A DNA stretch of 32,000 nucleotides from Gallionellaceae bacterium (lineage in GTDB: Bacteria; Pseudomonadota; Gammaproteobacteria; Burkholderiales; Gallionellaceae): the NCBI GenBank assembly GCA_009773615.1, contig WSYA01000003.1:21167-53166 (forward strand), in the 5' to 3' direction. The translations under genes and the position numbers were made by a program. This document shows positions 1 through 11,032 of this stretch, one piece after another. The number at the start of each line of letters is the position of its first letter. Positions within the stretch are counted from its first letter, which is position 1. Below the pieces are notes generated by a model. The model did no database searches, had not been told where the DNA came from, and worked only from the letters and a program-made list of their open reading frames with translations.

Positions 1-414
1 CCAGCCAGCGAAGTGGCCGACCTTGACGACATAAACTTCATACACGAACAGGCCGATGACGATGGATGGGGCAGACAACAAAATGTCGTTGATGAAGCGG
101 GTCGCCGGGGCGAGCCAGCCGCGTTGGCCGAATTCTGCCAGATAGGTTCCGGCCAGAATTCCGATGGGCGTGCCGATCAGCGTGGCAAGCGATGTCATCA
201 TCAGGCTGCCCCAGATGGCGTTGCCCAGTCCGCCCCGGCTACCGGGGGGAGGCGTGGTCTGTGTAAATATGCTGGCATTCATTCCCGGAAGGCCTTGCAT
301 CAGCAGGGTCCACAATATCCACCCCAGCCAGAACAAGCCGAATGCCATGGCGAGCACGGAAATGGTCAGGCTGAGCCCGTTGATGAAACGGCGTCGTGCG
401 TAAAGTGAAAACAT
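1..414 (-). CDS. pstA: Phosphate ABC transporter permease PstA (N-terminal part; 3' end runs off the window)
   Basis: My reverse-complement translation from the ATG at 414 gives MFSLYARRRFINGLSLTISVLAMAFGLFWLGWILWTLLMQGLPGMN...GTPIGILAGTYLAEFG, which is permease-like. The ATG lies 1 nt after the pstC stop (TGATATG junction). Gene order is pstS-pstC-pstA. The ORF is absent from the track because it is truncated at the window edge. Confidence 0.85.
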   Translation of the reverse strand, partial: MFSLYARRRFINGLSLTISVLAMAFGLFWLGWILWTLLMQGLPGMNASIFTQTTPPPGSRGGLGNAIWGSLMMTSLATLIGTPIGILAGTYLAEFGQRGWLAPATRFINDILLSAPSIVIGLFVYEVYVVKVGHFAGW

Positions 415-415
415 A

Positions 416-1372
416 TCAGGCTCCTCGACCTTCTCGTTGTGCCAGCTTGAATAGCATGAAGCGGGCTATCGATAGCACAACGAAAGTAATGAAAAACAGG
501 ATCAGACCGAGTTCGATCAATGCTGAGGTGTACAAATCGCCAACGGCTTCGGTGAATTCGTTAGCCAGAGCGGAGGAGATGCTGTTTCCGGGTTCAAGTA
601 GCGATGCGCTGAGTCTGTGTGCGTTACCGATAATGAAAGTGACTGCCATGGTCTCACCCAAAGCGCGTCCCAGTCCGAGCATGATGCCGCCGACCACGCC
701 GATTTTGGTGTAGGGTAGGACGACTTGGTACATCACTTCCCATGTGGTGGCGCCTAGTCCATAGGCGGATTCTTTAAGCAGCGAAGGGACGACGTCGAAC
801 ACGTCGCGCATCACCGATGCGATGAACGGAATGACCATGATGGCCAGAATGATCCCGGCCGCCAGTACGCTGATGCCCATATTGGGGCCGGTGAACAGGG
901 GGGAGATGAGCGGGAGGGTACCCAAGTGCTCGTTGATCCAAGGTTCTACATGTTCGGCAAACAACGGCACGAACACGAACAGTCCCCACATGCCGTAGAT
1001 GATGCTGGGAATGCCGGCGAGTAATTCGATGGCGATGCCGAGTGGTCGTCGCAACCACTGGGGGGAGAGTTCGGTCAGGAAGAGTGCGATACCGAAACTG
1101 ACGGGGATGGCGATCAATAAGGCGATGGTAGCGGTGGCTACTGTGCCGAAGATGGGAACCAGCGCGCCGAATTGTTCGGTGACTGGATTCCATTCTGAGC
1201 TGGTTAGAAATCCGAACCCGAATGCCTGGATGGCGGGTATGCTGCCGATGATTAGCGTGATGATGATGCCGATCAGCAATGCCAGCACTGCAAATGCAGA
1301 TAAGCGAGTGATGCTGCGAAACAGGATGTCCAGCAGATTCTGTCGTTTTAAGCGCGTGTCTAACGTGTGCAT
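416..1372 (-). CDS. pstC: Phosphate ABC transporter permease PstC
   Basis: 318-aa polytopic membrane ORF. It lies directly downstream of pstS and upstream of pstA, and has the BPD-transporter-like segment [18 protein letters not shown]. Confidence 0.9.
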   Translation of the reverse strand: MHTLDTRLKRQNLLDILFRSITRLSAFAVLALLIGIIITLIIGSIPAIQAFGFGFLTSSEWNPVTEQFGALVPIFGTVATATIALLIAIPVSFGIALFLTELSPQWLRRPLGIAIELLAGIPSIIYGMWGLFVFVPLFAEHVEPWINEHLGTLPLISPLFTGPNMGISVLAAGIILAIMVIPFIASVMRDVFDVVPSLLKESAYGLGATTWEVMYQVVLPYTKIGVVGGIMLGLGRALGETMAVTFIIGNAHRLSASLLEPGNSISSALANEFTEAVGDLYTSALIELGLILFFITFVVLSIARFMLFKLAQREGRGA

Positions 1373-1443
1373 AGTGGCCTGATGATTAATTCATGCAAAT
1401 TTTGAAAATTGATTTTCACGGGATATGGAATAAATTTTCAAAA

Positions 1444-1470
1444 TTTGGGGGGTCGAAACCCCCTCAAATT
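1444..1470 (-). terminator. GC-rich hairpin with a T-rich tail between pstS and pstC (attenuator or partial terminator)
   Basis: Plus strand reads ggggggt-cgaa-accccc(t)c: a 6-bp G/C stem (1448-1453 with 1458-1463) plus a G.T pair. On the minus strand it is followed by aaattttgaaaattt. Confidence 0.4.
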
Positions 1471-1521
1471 ATTCTGGAGAGCACACCGATAAAATAAAAA
1501 AATCAGCGTGCTCCATGCTAT

Positions 1522-2568
1522 TTATTTCCAGACAGCTTTCCCATCGGCACCTTTGATTTGAGACTTCCAAGAGTCGCGAATCATTTTAATGACGTTTTCC
1601 GGCAGGGGGACATAGTCCAGATCCGATGCGAGCTTGCCGCCGTTGCTGTAGGCCCAGTCAAAGAATTTCAGCACCTCTTTTGCGGATTCGCTATTGGCTT
1701 GACTTGTATGCATCAAGATAAAAGTCGCGCCAGTGATTGGCCAGCTGCTTTTGCCAGGTTGGTTGGTCAGGATTTGATAAAAGCCTTCTTCTGCTTTCCA
1801 TTTTGCATTGGCGGCGGCAGCCTGAAAGTTCACATCTTCCGGTTTGACGAACTGACCATCGCGATTCTTTAACAGCACGTAGGTCATTTTGTTTTGCAGC
1901 GCATAAGCATACTCAACATAACCGATGGAGTTTTTGATGCTCTTTACGTTGGAGGCAACACCTTCATTGCCCTTGCCGCCCATACCAAGAGGCCATTGCA
2001 CAGCGGATGCTGCGCCGACACTGCGGAACCAGTCGGTGCTGACTTGGGAAAGGTAAGTGACAAAAATAAATGTCGTGCCGGAACCGTCTGCACGGTGAAC
2101 GACATTGATGCCGGCATCAGGCAGTGCAACTCCTGCATTGTCCGCCACGATCTTCGGGTCGTTCCACTTGGTGATTTTGCCCAGATAAATGCCAGCCAGT
2201 GTATCGCCGGTGAGTTTTAACTGGCCGGGGGCAACGCCTTCCACGTTGATGACAGGAACCACACCGCCAATAACGGTTGGGAACTGGGTCAGGCCAGCCA
2301 TTCCGAGTTCGTTTACATTCAGAGGGGCATCGGTGGCGCCAAAGTTGACAGTCTTCGCTTTGATTTGTTTGATTCCGCCACCGGAGCCGATGGACTGGTA
2401 GTTGAGGCCAATGTTCGTTTGAGCTTTGTAGGCTTCTGCCCATTTCGCGTAAACGGGGTAAGGAAAGGTTGCACCCGCGCCAGTGATGTCAGAGGCGAAG
2501 GTTGTGCCAGCAGTTAGCAGTGCGGCAGTGAGGCCGATGCTGCCAAGAAGACGATTTAATTTGCTCAT
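1522..2568 (-). CDS. pstS: Periplasmic phosphate-binding protein PstS
   Basis: 348 aa with a signal peptide (MSKLNRLLGSIGLTAALLTAGTTFA). Contains GAGATFPYPVY and SIGSGGGIKQ motifs typical of PstS. Sits upstream of pstC and pstA. Confidence 0.92.
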   Translation of the reverse strand: MSKLNRLLGSIGLTAALLTAGTTFASDITGAGATFPYPVYAKWAEAYKAQTNIGLNYQSIGSGGGIKQIKAKTVNFGATDAPLNVNELGMAGLTQFPTVIGGVVPVINVEGVAPGQLKLTGDTLAGIYLGKITKWNDPKIVADNAGVALPDAGINVVHRADGSGTTFIFVTYLSQVSTDWFRSVGAASAVQWPLGMGGKGNEGVASNVKSIKNSIGYVEYAYALQNKMTYVLLKNRDGQFVKPEDVNFQAAAANAKWKAEEGFYQILTNQPGKSSWPITGATFILMHTSQANSESAKEVLKFFDWAYSNGGKLASDLDYVPLPENVIKMIRDSWKSQIKGADGKAVWK

Positions 2569-2642
2569 GGATTCTCCAGATTAATAATTAGTTTGGATTG
2601 CTCGCTTGCCGTTTATCAGCAATTCGCATGATATATAGTACT

Positions 2643-2661
2643 TGTTACACAATTATTACAT
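2643..2661 (-). promoter_or_regulatory. Candidate Pho box (PhoB site) upstream of pstS
   Basis: Minus strand reads ATGTAATAATTGTGTAACAAG: two TGTAA(T/C) half-sites 11 bp apart with an A/T spacer. It lies about 75-95 nt upstream of the pstS ATG and is followed by the A/T-rich stretch ACTATATATCAT, which could supply a -10. Confidence 0.4.
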
Positions 2662-2804
2662 GCGATACCGGGAGCTTGGTCTGGGATGTATTACGAGAGG
2701 AGGGGGGGATGTGATTTCTGTCCAAGCAGGTCCGCAAGCGAGATTGACCGTTCCAGTTTTCGCAGGTAGGATTCAGGACTTTCGTGGCAACAGGAAATAA
2801 TCAG

Positions 2805-3557
2805 ATGCGCCGCAAATTAGTCGTTGGAAACTGGAAAATGTATGGTCGCCTAGCTAGTAACAAAGCGTTACTGGAGGGGGTGGTCGCGGGTGTCCGTGAA
2901 CTTAAAGGCGCGGATTATGCCGTGTGTGTCCCGTATCCCTACTTGGCGCAAGCGCAGTCGATGTTGCAGGGTGGCAATGTCGCTTGGGGGGCGCAGAATT
3001 TGAATCAACACGAAGAAGGTGCATATACTGGAGCTGTGGCACCGGGAATGTTGGTTGATTTCGGTTGTCGATACGTGATCATCGGCCATTCAGAGCGCCG
3101 TGGTTTGTTTCAAGAGACTAATGTCAGTGCGTCAGCCAAGTTCGATGCAGCCTTAAGGGCTGGTTTGACGCCTATTTTTTGTGTTGGCGAGACTTTGGCG
3201 GAGCGCGAGGCGGGGGTGACTGAGCAGGTAGTGGCTACGCAATTGGATGCCGTGCTTAATAGTGCGGGTGCGCAGGGATTGGCAAAGGCCGTCGTAGCTT
3301 ATGAGCCAGTGTGGGCGATTGGCACGGGAAAAACTGCTTCGCCAGATCAGGCACAGGCTGTCCATGCGTTTATTCGACAAAGAGTTGCGCAACAGGATAG
3401 CCATGTCGCACAGGCCTTGTGTATACTCTACGGCGGTAGCGTTAAAGCGGCCAACGCATCCGAATTGTTCGCGATGCAGGACATAGATGGCGGGCTGATC
3501 GGTGGCGCGTCTTTGGTTGCGAATGATTTTGTGGCGATTTGCCGTGCGGCGCAATAA
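2805..3557 (+). CDS. tpiA: Triosephosphate isomerase
   Basis: MRRKLVVGNWKM..., IIGHSERR and AYEPVWAIGTG motifs. The track ORF begins at GTG 2784. I prefer ATG 2805, which has AGGA 9 nt upstream and gives the canonical N-terminus. Confidence 0.93.
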   Translation: MRRKLVVGNWKMYGRLASNKALLEGVVAGVRELKGADYAVCVPYPYLAQAQSMLQGGNVAWGAQNLNQHEEGAYTGAVAPGMLVDFGCRYVIIGHSERRGLFQETNVSASAKFDAALRAGLTPIFCVGETLAEREAGVTEQVVATQLDAVLNSAGAQGLAKAVVAYEPVWAIGTGKTASPDQAQAVHAFIRQRVAQQDSHVAQALCILYGGSVKAANASELFAMQDIDGGLIGGASLVANDFVAICRAAQ

Positions 3558-3638
3558 TGGCGCGATAATAATGACTGCCTGAACATCGCCTAGCGATTTT
3601 TGGTTTGTCATAATAAATTTTGATTCTTGGGGTGGTAA

Positions 3639-3986
3639 GTGGAAACATTAGTTTGGTTTGTTCATGTAGTAACGGCGGTTGTGTTGATTGGTCTTGTGTT
3701 GATTCAGCATGGTAAGGGCGCTGATATGGGCGCTGCCTTTGGAACCGGTTCAGCTGGAAGCCTTTTTGGTTCGAGTGGTTCGGCAAATTTTTTGAGTCGA
3801 AGCACTGCTGTAGCGGCCACCGTTTTCTTTATTACCAGCCTTTCATTGACTTACTTATACGCGAACCCGTCAAAGGGGCAGGGCGTGATGGATAAGATCG
3901 AAGAGAATAAGTCGGTACAGCAAGTCGTGCCGGCTCCGGTAGTGCCTGATGTGCCCGGGTCGAAATCAAAAGAAGTGCCTCGATAA
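3639..3986 (+). CDS. secG: Preprotein translocase subunit SecG
   Basis: GTG start. The N-terminus VHVVTAVVLIGLVLIQHGKGADMGAAFGTGSAGSLFGSSG is the SecG signature. Lies next to tRNA-Leu, which I recall as a conserved arrangement. Confidence 0.9.
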   Translation: METLVWFVHVVTAVVLIGLVLIQHGKGADMGAAFGTGSAGSLFGSSGSANFLSRSTAVAATVFFITSLSLTYLYANPSKGQGVMDKIEENKSVQQVVPAPVVPDVPGSKSKEVPR

Positions 3987-4009
3987 TAATAAAAAACAAT
4001 TAAGAACAT

Positions 4010-4096
4010 GCGGAGTTGGCGGAATTGGTAGACGCGTAGCCTTGAGGTGGCTATGTCCGTAAGGACGTGAGGGTTCGAGTCCCTTGCCCCGCACCA
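4010..4096 (+). tRNA. tRNA-Leu (anticodon GAG), long variable arm, encoded CCA
   Basis: Sequence: gcggagt tg gcgg aattggtaga cgcg tagcc ttGAGgt ggcta t gtccgtaaggacgt gaggg ttcgagt ccctt gccccgc a cca. It folds as a type II cloverleaf with TTCGAGT in the T-loop. There is one A:C mismatch in the acceptor stem. Confidence 0.9.
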
Positions 4097-4192
4097 AACA
4101 TCAAGCCAAAGCATCTAGATTTTGGTTGATTAAAATAAACTAGAGAGGCATGTCGTATCCGTTTTAGGGTGCTGCATGCGGGGGGAATCAGA

Positions 4193-4549
4193 ATGTTGGA
4201 AAACTACTTTCCAGTCTTGCTGTTCATCTGTGTCGGTCTGGCCGTCGGGGTTGTGCCTTTGGTTCTAGGGAGGCTGGCAGCCCCTCATCGCCCTGATAGC
4301 GCCAAACTTTCGCCTTACGAGTGCGGCTTCGAGGCATTCGAAGATGCGCGCATGAAATTCGACGTGCGCTACTATCTGGTGGCTATCCTATTTATCCTGT
4401 TCGATCTTGAAATCGCCTTCCTTTTTCCTTGGGCCATCGTGCTGAAAGAAATTGGGTTGTTCGGTTTTCTATCCATGATGGTGTTCCTGGGAATACTCGT
4501 TGTGGGCTTTATCTATGAATGGATGAAAGGGGCGTTGGAATGGGAATAG
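4193..4549 (+). CDS. nuoA: NADH-quinone oxidoreductase subunit A
   Basis: [11 protein letters not shown]...SPYECGFE...[10 protein letters not shown]. The track ORF starts at GTG 4169. ATG 4193 has GGGGGA 5-6 nt upstream and gives the usual length of about 118 aa. Confidence 0.92.
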   Translation: MLENYFPVLLFICVGLAVGVVPLVLGRLAAPHRPDSAKLSPYECGFEAFEDARMKFDVRYYLVAILFILFDLEIAFLFPWAIVLKEIGLFGFLSMMVFLGILVVGFIYEWMKGALEWE

Positions 4550-5019
4550 AAGGCGTTCTTGAGAAGGGGTTTGTCACCACTTCATTGGATACGGTCATCA
4601 ATTACACCCGTACCGGTTCGCTTTGGCCGATGACGTTCGGTTTGGCTTGCTGTGCTGTGGAAATGATGCACGTTGCGCTGTCGCGTTACGACTTGGACCG
4701 TTTCGGCGCCGGAGCTTTTCGTCCTAGCCCGCGCCAGTCTGACTTGATGATCGTGGCGGGTACACTGTGCAATAAGATGGGACCTGCTTTGCGCAAAGTG
4801 TATGACCAAATGGCCGAGCCACGTTATGTGATTTCGATGGGGTCGTGTGCCAACGGCGGCGGCTATTATCACTATTCGTATTCGGTCGTGCGCGGCTGTG
4901 ATCGCATCATTCCTGTCGACATCTATGTTCCGGGATGCCCTCCGACTGCGGAAGCATTGTTATACGGCGTGATTCAATTGCAAAAGAAGATCAACCGAAC
5001 CAATACCATCGCGCGTTAG
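4540..5019 (+). CDS. nuoB: NADH-quinone oxidoreductase subunit B
   Basis: [33 protein letters not shown] and GCPPTAEAL motifs (N2 cluster ligands). ATG 4540 overlaps the end of nuoA. The track's 4519 start adds 7 residues. Confidence 0.93.
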   Translation: MGIEGVLEKGFVTTSLDTVINYTRTGSLWPMTFGLACCAVEMMHVALSRYDLDRFGAGAFRPSPRQSDLMIVAGTLCNKMGPALRKVYDQMAEPRYVISMGSCANGGGYYHYSYSVVRGCDRIIPVDIYVPGCPPTAEALLYGVIQLQKKINRTNTIAR

Positions 5020-5026
5020 GATAAAC

Positions 5027-5665
5027 ATGGCTGACGATTTGAATATGCTGGGCGAGCAATTGAAAGAGGCCTTCACGGACAAAGTGTTGAGCCTGGAAAA
5101 CAGGCTCGACGAATTGACTATGGTGATCGATGCGGCAGATATCATGGCCGTGTTTATGCGACTGCGTGATGATCCCAATTTCCGTTTTGAACAATTGATT
5201 GATGTGTGCGGTGTTGATTATTCGACCTACGGTTGCGAGACTTCTGAGGGCGGCATTTATCTGGTTGATGAAGAACGCATCAATCCATTCAAGCAGCGTT
5301 TTGCGGCCGTTTATCACTTGCTTTCTGTGGAGCACAACATGCGTTTGCGTGTGAAAGTGTTTGCACTGGATGATGCGATGCCCATGCTGGATTCCGTCAT
5401 CGAGGTGTGGCCTTCCGCCAATTGGTTTGAGCGCGAAGCATTCGATATGTTCGGAATCGTCTTTGTGGGACACCCCGATCTGCGCCGCATCCTTACCGAT
5501 TATGGTTTTGTTGGCAATCCGTTCCGCAAGGATTTTCCGCTGTCCGGGCATGTCGAGATGCACTACGATCCAGAGCAGAAGCGCGTGCTGTATAGGCCTG
5601 TTAGCGTGGAACCTCGCGAAGTAACTCCGCGTACCATTCGTGAAGAGAATTACAGTCGTCACTGA
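5027..5665 (+). CDS. nuoC: NADH-quinone oxidoreductase subunit C
   Basis: 212 aa with [39 protein letters not shown], the 30-kDa subunit signature. Confidence 0.93.
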   Translation: MADDLNMLGEQLKEAFTDKVLSLENRLDELTMVIDAADIMAVFMRLRDDPNFRFEQLIDVCGVDYSTYGCETSEGGIYLVDEERINPFKQRFAAVYHLLSVEHNMRLRVKVFALDDAMPMLDSVIEVWPSANWFEREAFDMFGIVFVGHPDLRRILTDYGFVGNPFRKDFPLSGHVEMHYDPEQKRVLYRPVSVEPREVTPRTIREENYSRH

Positions 5666-5686
5666 GATACGATCAAGGGAATCGCA

Positions 5687-6940
5687 ATGGCTGAGATTAA
5701 AAATTACACAATGAATTTTGGGCCGCAGCATCCGGCTGCCCACGGCGTATTGCGTCTGGTGCTGGAGCTGGATGGCGAAGTGGTCGAGCGTGCCGATCCG
5801 CATATCGGCCTGTTGCATCGTGGTACTGAAAAGCTGGCCGAGCACAAGACGTTTTTGCAGTCAGTGCCCTACATGGATCGTCTGGATTACGTGTCCATGA
5901 TGTGCAACGAGCACGCCTATGTCATGGCGATCGAGAAGTTGGCCGGCATTGATGTGCCGCTGCGCGCGCAATACATCCGTGTGATGTTCGATGAAATCAC
6001 GCGTATCTTGAATCACTTGCTGTGGCTGGGCGCTTCCGGCATCGACCTCGGTGCAATGACGATGTTTTTTTACACCTTTCGTGAACGCGAAGATTTGATG
6101 GATGTGTACGAGGCCGTTTCCGGCGCGCGTATGCACGCGGCGTATTACCGTCCCGGCGGCGTGTACCGCGATTTGCCGGATACTATGCCGCAGTACGAGG
6201 CATCAAAGATTCATAACGCCTCCGCGATAAAACGCATGAACGAGAATCGCCAAGGTTCCGTACTCGATTTTATTGAAGATTTTTGCAATCGCTTCCCCGC
6301 CAATGTAGATGAATATGAAACGCTGTTGACCGACAACCGCATTTGGAAGCAGCGCACGGTCGGTATCGGTGTTGTCTCGCCGGAGCGCGCTTTGGCGCTG
6401 GGCTTCACCGGCCCGATGTTGCGCGGTTCCGGTGTTGCATGGGATCTGCGCAAGAAGCAACCTTACGAAGTGTACGACCGCATGGATTTCGACATTCCGG
6501 TCGGGGTCGAAGGCGATTGTTATGACCGTTATCTGGTGCGCGTTGAAGAAATGCGCCAGTCCAATCGCATCATCAAGCAATGCGTCGACTGGCTGCGCAA
6601 AAATCCGGGATCGGTGATCACCGAAAATCACAAATTTGCGCCGCCGAAACGCGAAGCGATAAAGCAAAACATGGAAGAGCTGATCCACCACTTCAAACTA
6701 TTCACCGAGGGGATGCATGTGCCTACGGGGGAGGTTTATTCGGCGGTGGAGCATCCAAAGGGGGAGTTCGGCATCTATCTGGTTTCGGATGGGGCGAACA
6801 AGCCATATCGCATGAAGATCCGTGCGCCGGGTTACCCACACTTGGCAAGTTTGAACGAGATGTCTCGCGGCCACATGCTTGCCGACGTGGTGGCGATCAT
6901 CGGCACACAAGATATCGTTTTTGGAGAGATAGACCGCTGA
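5687..6940 (+). CDS. nuoD: NADH-quinone oxidoreductase subunit D
   Basis: 417 aa. [15 protein letters not shown]...[12 protein letters not shown]...IVFGEIDR, the 49-kDa subunit signature. Confidence 0.95.
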   Translation: MAEIKNYTMNFGPQHPAAHGVLRLVLELDGEVVERADPHIGLLHRGTEKLAEHKTFLQSVPYMDRLDYVSMMCNEHAYVMAIEKLAGIDVPLRAQYIRVMFDEITRILNHLLWLGASGIDLGAMTMFFYTFREREDLMDVYEAVSGARMHAAYYRPGGVYRDLPDTMPQYEASKIHNASAIKRMNENRQGSVLDFIEDFCNRFPANVDEYETLLTDNRIWKQRTVGIGVVSPERALALGFTGPMLRGSGVAWDLRKKQPYEVYDRMDFDIPVGVEGDCYDRYLVRVEEMRQSNRIIKQCVDWLRKNPGSVITENHKFAPPKREAIKQNMEELIHHFKLFTEGMHVPTGEVYSAVEHPKGEFGIYLVSDGANKPYRMKIRAPGYPHLASLNEMSRGHMLADVVAIIGTQDIVFGEIDR

Positions 6941-7437
6941 TGTTATCCGATCAAATTCAAGCAAATATAGAGCGCGAGCTCAAGAAATATCCGGCGGATC
7001 AGCGGCAGTCTGCGGTCATGGCTGCGTTGCGTTTCGTGCAGGACGAGAAGGGCTGGATCGCGCCGGAAGACATGGCTGATATTGCCGCCTATATCGGCAT
7101 GCCGCAGATGGCCGTATTTGAAGTGGCCACTTTTTATCACATGTACAAGCTCAAGCCGATGGGCGAGTACACCTTGACTGTGTGTACCAATCTTTCCTGC
7201 CAACTCAGCGGTGTCAACGAAACCCTGTTGCATCTCAAAAATAAGCTGGGTATCGGCCTGGGTGAGATCACCGCCGATGGAAAATTCGGTTTGCGCGAAG
7301 GCGAGTGCATGGGAGCCTGTGTGGATGCGCCTATGTTCACGATCAACAATAAAAAATTGTGCGGGCGTCTGACTGGCGAGAAGATTGACCAGATATTGGC
7401 AGAGCTAAGCGCGGGCGGGCAGGGGGGCAAGCAATGA
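6940..7437 (+). CDS. nuoE: NADH-quinone oxidoreductase subunit E
   Basis: [32 protein letters not shown]...CTNLSC...[11 protein letters not shown] (2Fe-2S ligands). The start ATG overlaps the nuoD TGA (cTGATG). The track ORF 6580..7437 carries a spurious N-terminal extension that overlaps nuoD out of frame. Confidence 0.9.
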   Translation: MLSDQIQANIERELKKYPADQRQSAVMAALRFVQDEKGWIAPEDMADIAAYIGMPQMAVFEVATFYHMYKLKPMGEYTLTVCTNLSCQLSGVNETLLHLKNKLGIGLGEITADGKFGLREGECMGACVDAPMFTINNKKLCGRLTGEKIDQILAELSAGGQGGKQ

Positions 7438-8699
7438 GCACTCCTATCATTTTTAATACGCTACATTTCGATCAGCCGTGGACGCTGGAAAACTACCTCA
7501 AGGTCGGCGGATATAAAGCGTTGCGCAAAGTTCTCGCCGAGAAGATGCTGCCTGAAGCCATCATCGCCGAGGTGAAAGCCTCCGGTTTGCGCGGTCGCGG
7601 CGGTGCGGGTTTCCCGACCGGCTTGAAGTGGAGTTTCATGCCGCGCAACTACCAGGGCGACAAATATCTGGTGTGCAACTCCGACGAGGGCGAACCGGGT
7701 ACTTGCAAGGATCGCGACATCCTGCGCTACAACCCGCACATGTTGATCGAAGGTATGGCCATCGCGGCATACACGATGAGCGTCAAGACCGGCTACAACT
7801 ATATTCACGGCGAGATATTCGAAGCTTACGAGCGTATGGAAGCGGCCTGCGAAGAGGCACGCAAAGCGGGCTATCTCGGTCAGAATATTCTCGGTTCGGA
7901 TTTTGAATTTGATCTGCACAACCATCTCGGTTACGGCGCGTATGTTTGCGGAGAAGAAACCGCTTTGCTTGAATCTATCGAGGGCAAAAAAGGACAGCCG
8001 CGCTTCAAGCCGCCGTTCCCCGCAACTTTCGGACTCTACGGCAAGCCGACCACGATCAATAACACCGAGACTTTCGCCAGTATTCCGTACATCATCAATA
8101 ACGGTGGTCAGCAATTTGCCGACTTGGGTGTCCCGAACAGCGGCGGTATCAAGCTGTTCTCTGTGTCCGGTCATGTGAACAATCCGGGTAACTTCGAGGT
8201 GCCAATGGGCACACCGTTCAAGACGCTGTTGGAAATGGCGGGCGGCGTGCGCGGCGGAAACAAGCTGAAGGCGGTGATCCCCGGCGGCTCATCCATGCCC
8301 GTGCTACCCGGCGAAATCATGATGGATCTGAATATGGATTTCGACTCTATTCAAAAGGCGGGCTCGTATCTGGGTACGGGCGCGATCATCGTGATGGACG
8401 AGACCACGTGCATGGTCAAAGCGCTGGAGCGCCTGTCCTATTTTTATTTTGAAGAGTCCTGCGGTCAATGCACTCCATGCCGCGAGGGTACCGGTTGGCT
8501 GTATCGCATCGTGCATCGCATCGAACATGGCGAAGGGCGTCCGGAAGATCTGGATCTGTTGCTAGATCTGTGCAACAACATCGCGGGCCGCACCATCTGC
8601 GCATTGGGTGATGCTGCAGCTTGGCCAGTACAGGGGTTCCTCAAGCATTACCGCAAGGAATTTGAATACCACATCGAGCACAAGCGTTGCTTGGTGTAA
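7434..8699 (+). CDS. nuoF: NADH-quinone oxidoreductase subunit F
   Basis: 421 aa. [29 protein letters not shown] and [12 protein letters not shown] motifs (FMN/NADH site and N3 cluster). Confidence 0.95.
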   Translation: MSTPIIFNTLHFDQPWTLENYLKVGGYKALRKVLAEKMLPEAIIAEVKASGLRGRGGAGFPTGLKWSFMPRNYQGDKYLVCNSDEGEPGTCKDRDILRYNPHMLIEGMAIAAYTMSVKTGYNYIHGEIFEAYERMEAACEEARKAGYLGQNILGSDFEFDLHNHLGYGAYVCGEETALLESIEGKKGQPRFKPPFPATFGLYGKPTTINNTETFASIPYIINNGGQQFADLGVPNSGGIKLFSVSGHVNNPGNFEVPMGTPFKTLLEMAGGVRGGNKLKAVIPGGSSMPVLPGEIMMDLNMDFDSIQKAGSYLGTGAIIVMDETTCMVKALERLSYFYFEESCGQCTPCREGTGWLYRIVHRIEHGEGRPEDLDLLLDLCNNIAGRTICALGDAAAWPVQGFLKHYRKEFEYHIEHKRCLV

Positions 8700-8719
8700 G
8701 GCAGACGGATAGGTGAGCA

Positions 8720-11032
8720 ATGATCAACATCGAAATTGACGGCAAGCGCATCGAAACGGAAAACGGTACGACCGTGATTGAGGCCGCGCATAAAGCAGGC
8801 ATCAGCATTCCGCATTTTTGCTATCACAAGAAGCTATCCATCGCGGCGAACTGCCGCATGTGTCTGGTGCAGGTTGAGAAAGCACCCAAGCCGCTACCCG
8901 CCTGCGCTACGCCGGTGACCGAAGGCATGAAAGTGTTCACCGCATCCGAGCAGGCAGTGAAAGCGCAAAAGGGTGTGATGGAGTTTTTGCTGGTTAACCA
9001 TCCACTGGATTGCCCGATCTGCGATCAGGGCGGCGAGTGCATGCTGCAGGATATGTCGGTCGGTTATGGCGGCGGTGCATCGCGTTACCATGAAGAAAAA
9101 CGCACTGTGTTAAGCAAAGACATCGGGCCGCTGGTCTCGGCCGAAGAGATGAGTCGCTGCATCAATTGCACACGCTGTGTGCGTTTCGGTGCGGAAATCG
9201 CCGGTCAAATGGAAATGGGGCAGGCGTTCCGAGGTGAACATGCCGAGATCATGACCTTCGTTTCAGGCACAGTAAACTCCGAACTCTCCGGCAACATGAT
9301 CGACCTGTGTCCGGTTGGTGCGCTCACCAGCAAGCCGTTCCGTTACAAGGCTCGCTCTTGGGAATTATCGCGTCGCCGTTCGATCAGTGCGCACGACAGT
9401 TTGGGCACTAGTCTGGCAGTGCAGACCAAGAACAATCACGTATTGCGCGTATTGCCCATCGAGAACGAAGACATCAATGAATGCTGGTTGTCCGACAAGG
9501 ATAGATTCGCTTACGAAGGGCTGAATTCCGCCGAGCGTTTGACCAAGCCCATGATCAAACAAGATGGCAAGTGGCAGGAAGTGGAGTGGCAAGTCGCGCT
9601 GGAGTATGCGGCGAACGGGCTGCGCCACATCGCCAACGGGGCGGGAGCGGAACAGATCGGTGCGCTGGCGACAGCAAACTCCACGCTGGAAGAGCTTTAC
9701 CTGTTGCAAAAACTCATGCGCGGCATCGGCAGCGACAACGTGGATTTCCGTCTGCGTCAATCCGATTTCAGTGCCGATGATAAACAGCAAGGTACGCCTT
9801 GGCTGGGCATGCCTATCGCCGATATCAGCCGCTTGGATAGCGTATTGATTGTCGGCAGCTTCCTGCGCAAGGATCATCCGCTACTGGCTGCACGTATCCG
9901 TCAGGCAGTCAAGAAGGGTGCGCAAGCCAACATCATTCATTCTGTCGATGACGACTTGCTGATGAAAGTGGCGAACAAAACCATCGTTGCGCCTGATGCG
10001 CTGGTGGCCGCGCTGTCTCAGGTTGCGCAGGCATTGGATGCAGAAAAGAACGGTAAAGCGCAGACCGCAAGTGCCGGGGCGGTTGCCATCGCCAAGAGCC
10101 TGTCCTGCGGCGGATGCGTCGCCGTACTGCTCGGCAATTTCGCGCAACAACATCCTCAGGCCGCACAGCTGCAAGCGTTGGCACAACAGATTGCGGCGTT
10201 GAGCAATGGCAAGTTCGGTTTCATCGGTGAAGCGGCAAACAGCGTCGGCGGTTATCTGGCGCACGCCACACCGGGAACGAAGGGGTTGAATGCAGCATCC
10301 ATGCTAGCGACCCCGCGCAAGGCTTATGTGCTGTTGAATGTGGAAGCGGAGTTGGATACAGCGAATCCGCAGCAGGCTATCGCCGCGATGCAGTCGGCCG
10401 ATCTGGTTATCGCGATGTCCGCGTACAAGCACCACGCGACCTCTTATGCTGATGTGTTGTTGCCTATCGCGCCGTTTACCGAGACTTCCGGCACGTTCGT
10501 CAGTACCGAAGGTCGCGTGCAAAGCTTCAAGGGCGCAGTTAAACCCTTGGGTGAAGCGCGTCCTGCATGGAAAGTTTTGCGCGTGTTGGGCAATCTGCTG
10601 AAAATTTCCGGTTTCGATCAGGACACCTCCGAAGCGGTGCGCGATGAAGCGCTCAAGGGCGTGGACGTTGCCGCCAAGTTGAGCAATACGATTAGCGCGA
10701 TCGATACGAATGCGGTTTCCGCAGCGGGCGGTTTGCAGCGCGTGAGCGACGTGCCGATCTATGCGACGGATGCTGTGGTGCGCCGTTCCGCGCCGTTGCA
10801 GGCCACCGTGGATGCGGCCACGCCGCAGGCATGGCTGCACAGCGAAGAGCTGAAAAAGCTGGGTGTGCAAGTAGGCGCGACAGTTAAAGTCAGCCAAGGG
10901 CAGGGCAGCGTGAGCATAGCGGCAGCAGCCGATGATAAATTGCCCAGAGGTGTGGTGCGAGTGGCTGCGGGTCATGCTGCTACAGCCGCTTTAGGCGCGA
11001 TGTTTGGTACGATCACAGTGGAGCGCGCATGA
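8720..11032 (+). CDS. nuoG: NADH-quinone oxidoreductase subunit G
   Basis: 770 aa. N-terminal 2Fe-2S and 4Fe-4S cysteine motifs ([46 protein letters not shown]). Confidence 0.95.
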   Translation: MINIEIDGKRIETENGTTVIEAAHKAGISIPHFCYHKKLSIAANCRMCLVQVEKAPKPLPACATPVTEGMKVFTASEQAVKAQKGVMEFLLVNHPLDCPICDQGGECMLQDMSVGYGGGASRYHEEKRTVLSKDIGPLVSAEEMSRCINCTRCVRFGAEIAGQMEMGQAFRGEHAEIMTFVSGTVNSELSGNMIDLCPVGALTSKPFRYKARSWELSRRRSISAHDSLGTSLAVQTKNNHVLRVLPIENEDINECWLSDKDRFAYEGLNSAERLTKPMIKQDGKWQEVEWQVALEYAANGLRHIANGAGAEQIGALATANSTLEELYLLQKLMRGIGSDNVDFRLRQSDFSADDKQQGTPWLGMPIADISRLDSVLIVGSFLRKDHPLLAARIRQAVKKGAQANIIHSVDDDLLMKVANKTIVAPDALVAALSQVAQALDAEKNGKAQTASAGAVAIAKSLSCGGCVAVLLGNFAQQHPQAAQLQALAQQIAALSNGKFGFIGEAANSVGGYLAHATPGTKGLNAASMLATPRKAYVLLNVEAELDTANPQQAIAAMQSADLVIAMSAYKHHATSYADVLLPIAPFTETSGTFVSTEGRVQSFKGAVKPLGEARPAWKVLRVLGNLLKISGFDQDTSEAVRDEALKGVDVAAKLSNTISAIDTNAVSAAGGLQRVSDVPIYATDAVVRRSAPLQATVDAATPQAWLHSEELKKLGVQVGATVKVSQGQGSVSIAAAADDKLPRGVVRVAAGHAATAALGAMFGTITVERA

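Noticed and set aside
13-408. 131-aa plus-strand ORF at the window start (and the 79-aa ORF at 164..403).
   Set aside because: The opposite strand encodes a clear PstA N-terminus that is contiguous with pstC. The plus-strand product is Gly/Arg/Gln/Ala-rich and has no family resemblance.
4010-4096. tRNA-Leu as a possible integration site for a mobile element.
   Set aside because: The flanks are secG and nuoA with no accessory DNA, no duplicated tRNA 3' end and no integrase nearby. The island in this window lies 14.7 kb away and is not tRNA-associated.
6580-6939. N-terminal 120-residue extension of the nuoE ORF (285 aa in the track).
   Set aside because: The extension overlaps nuoD in another frame and reads as Arg/Gly-rich noise. 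The conserved NuoE sequence starts at the ATG at 6940, in a typical ATGA stop/start overlap with nuoD.
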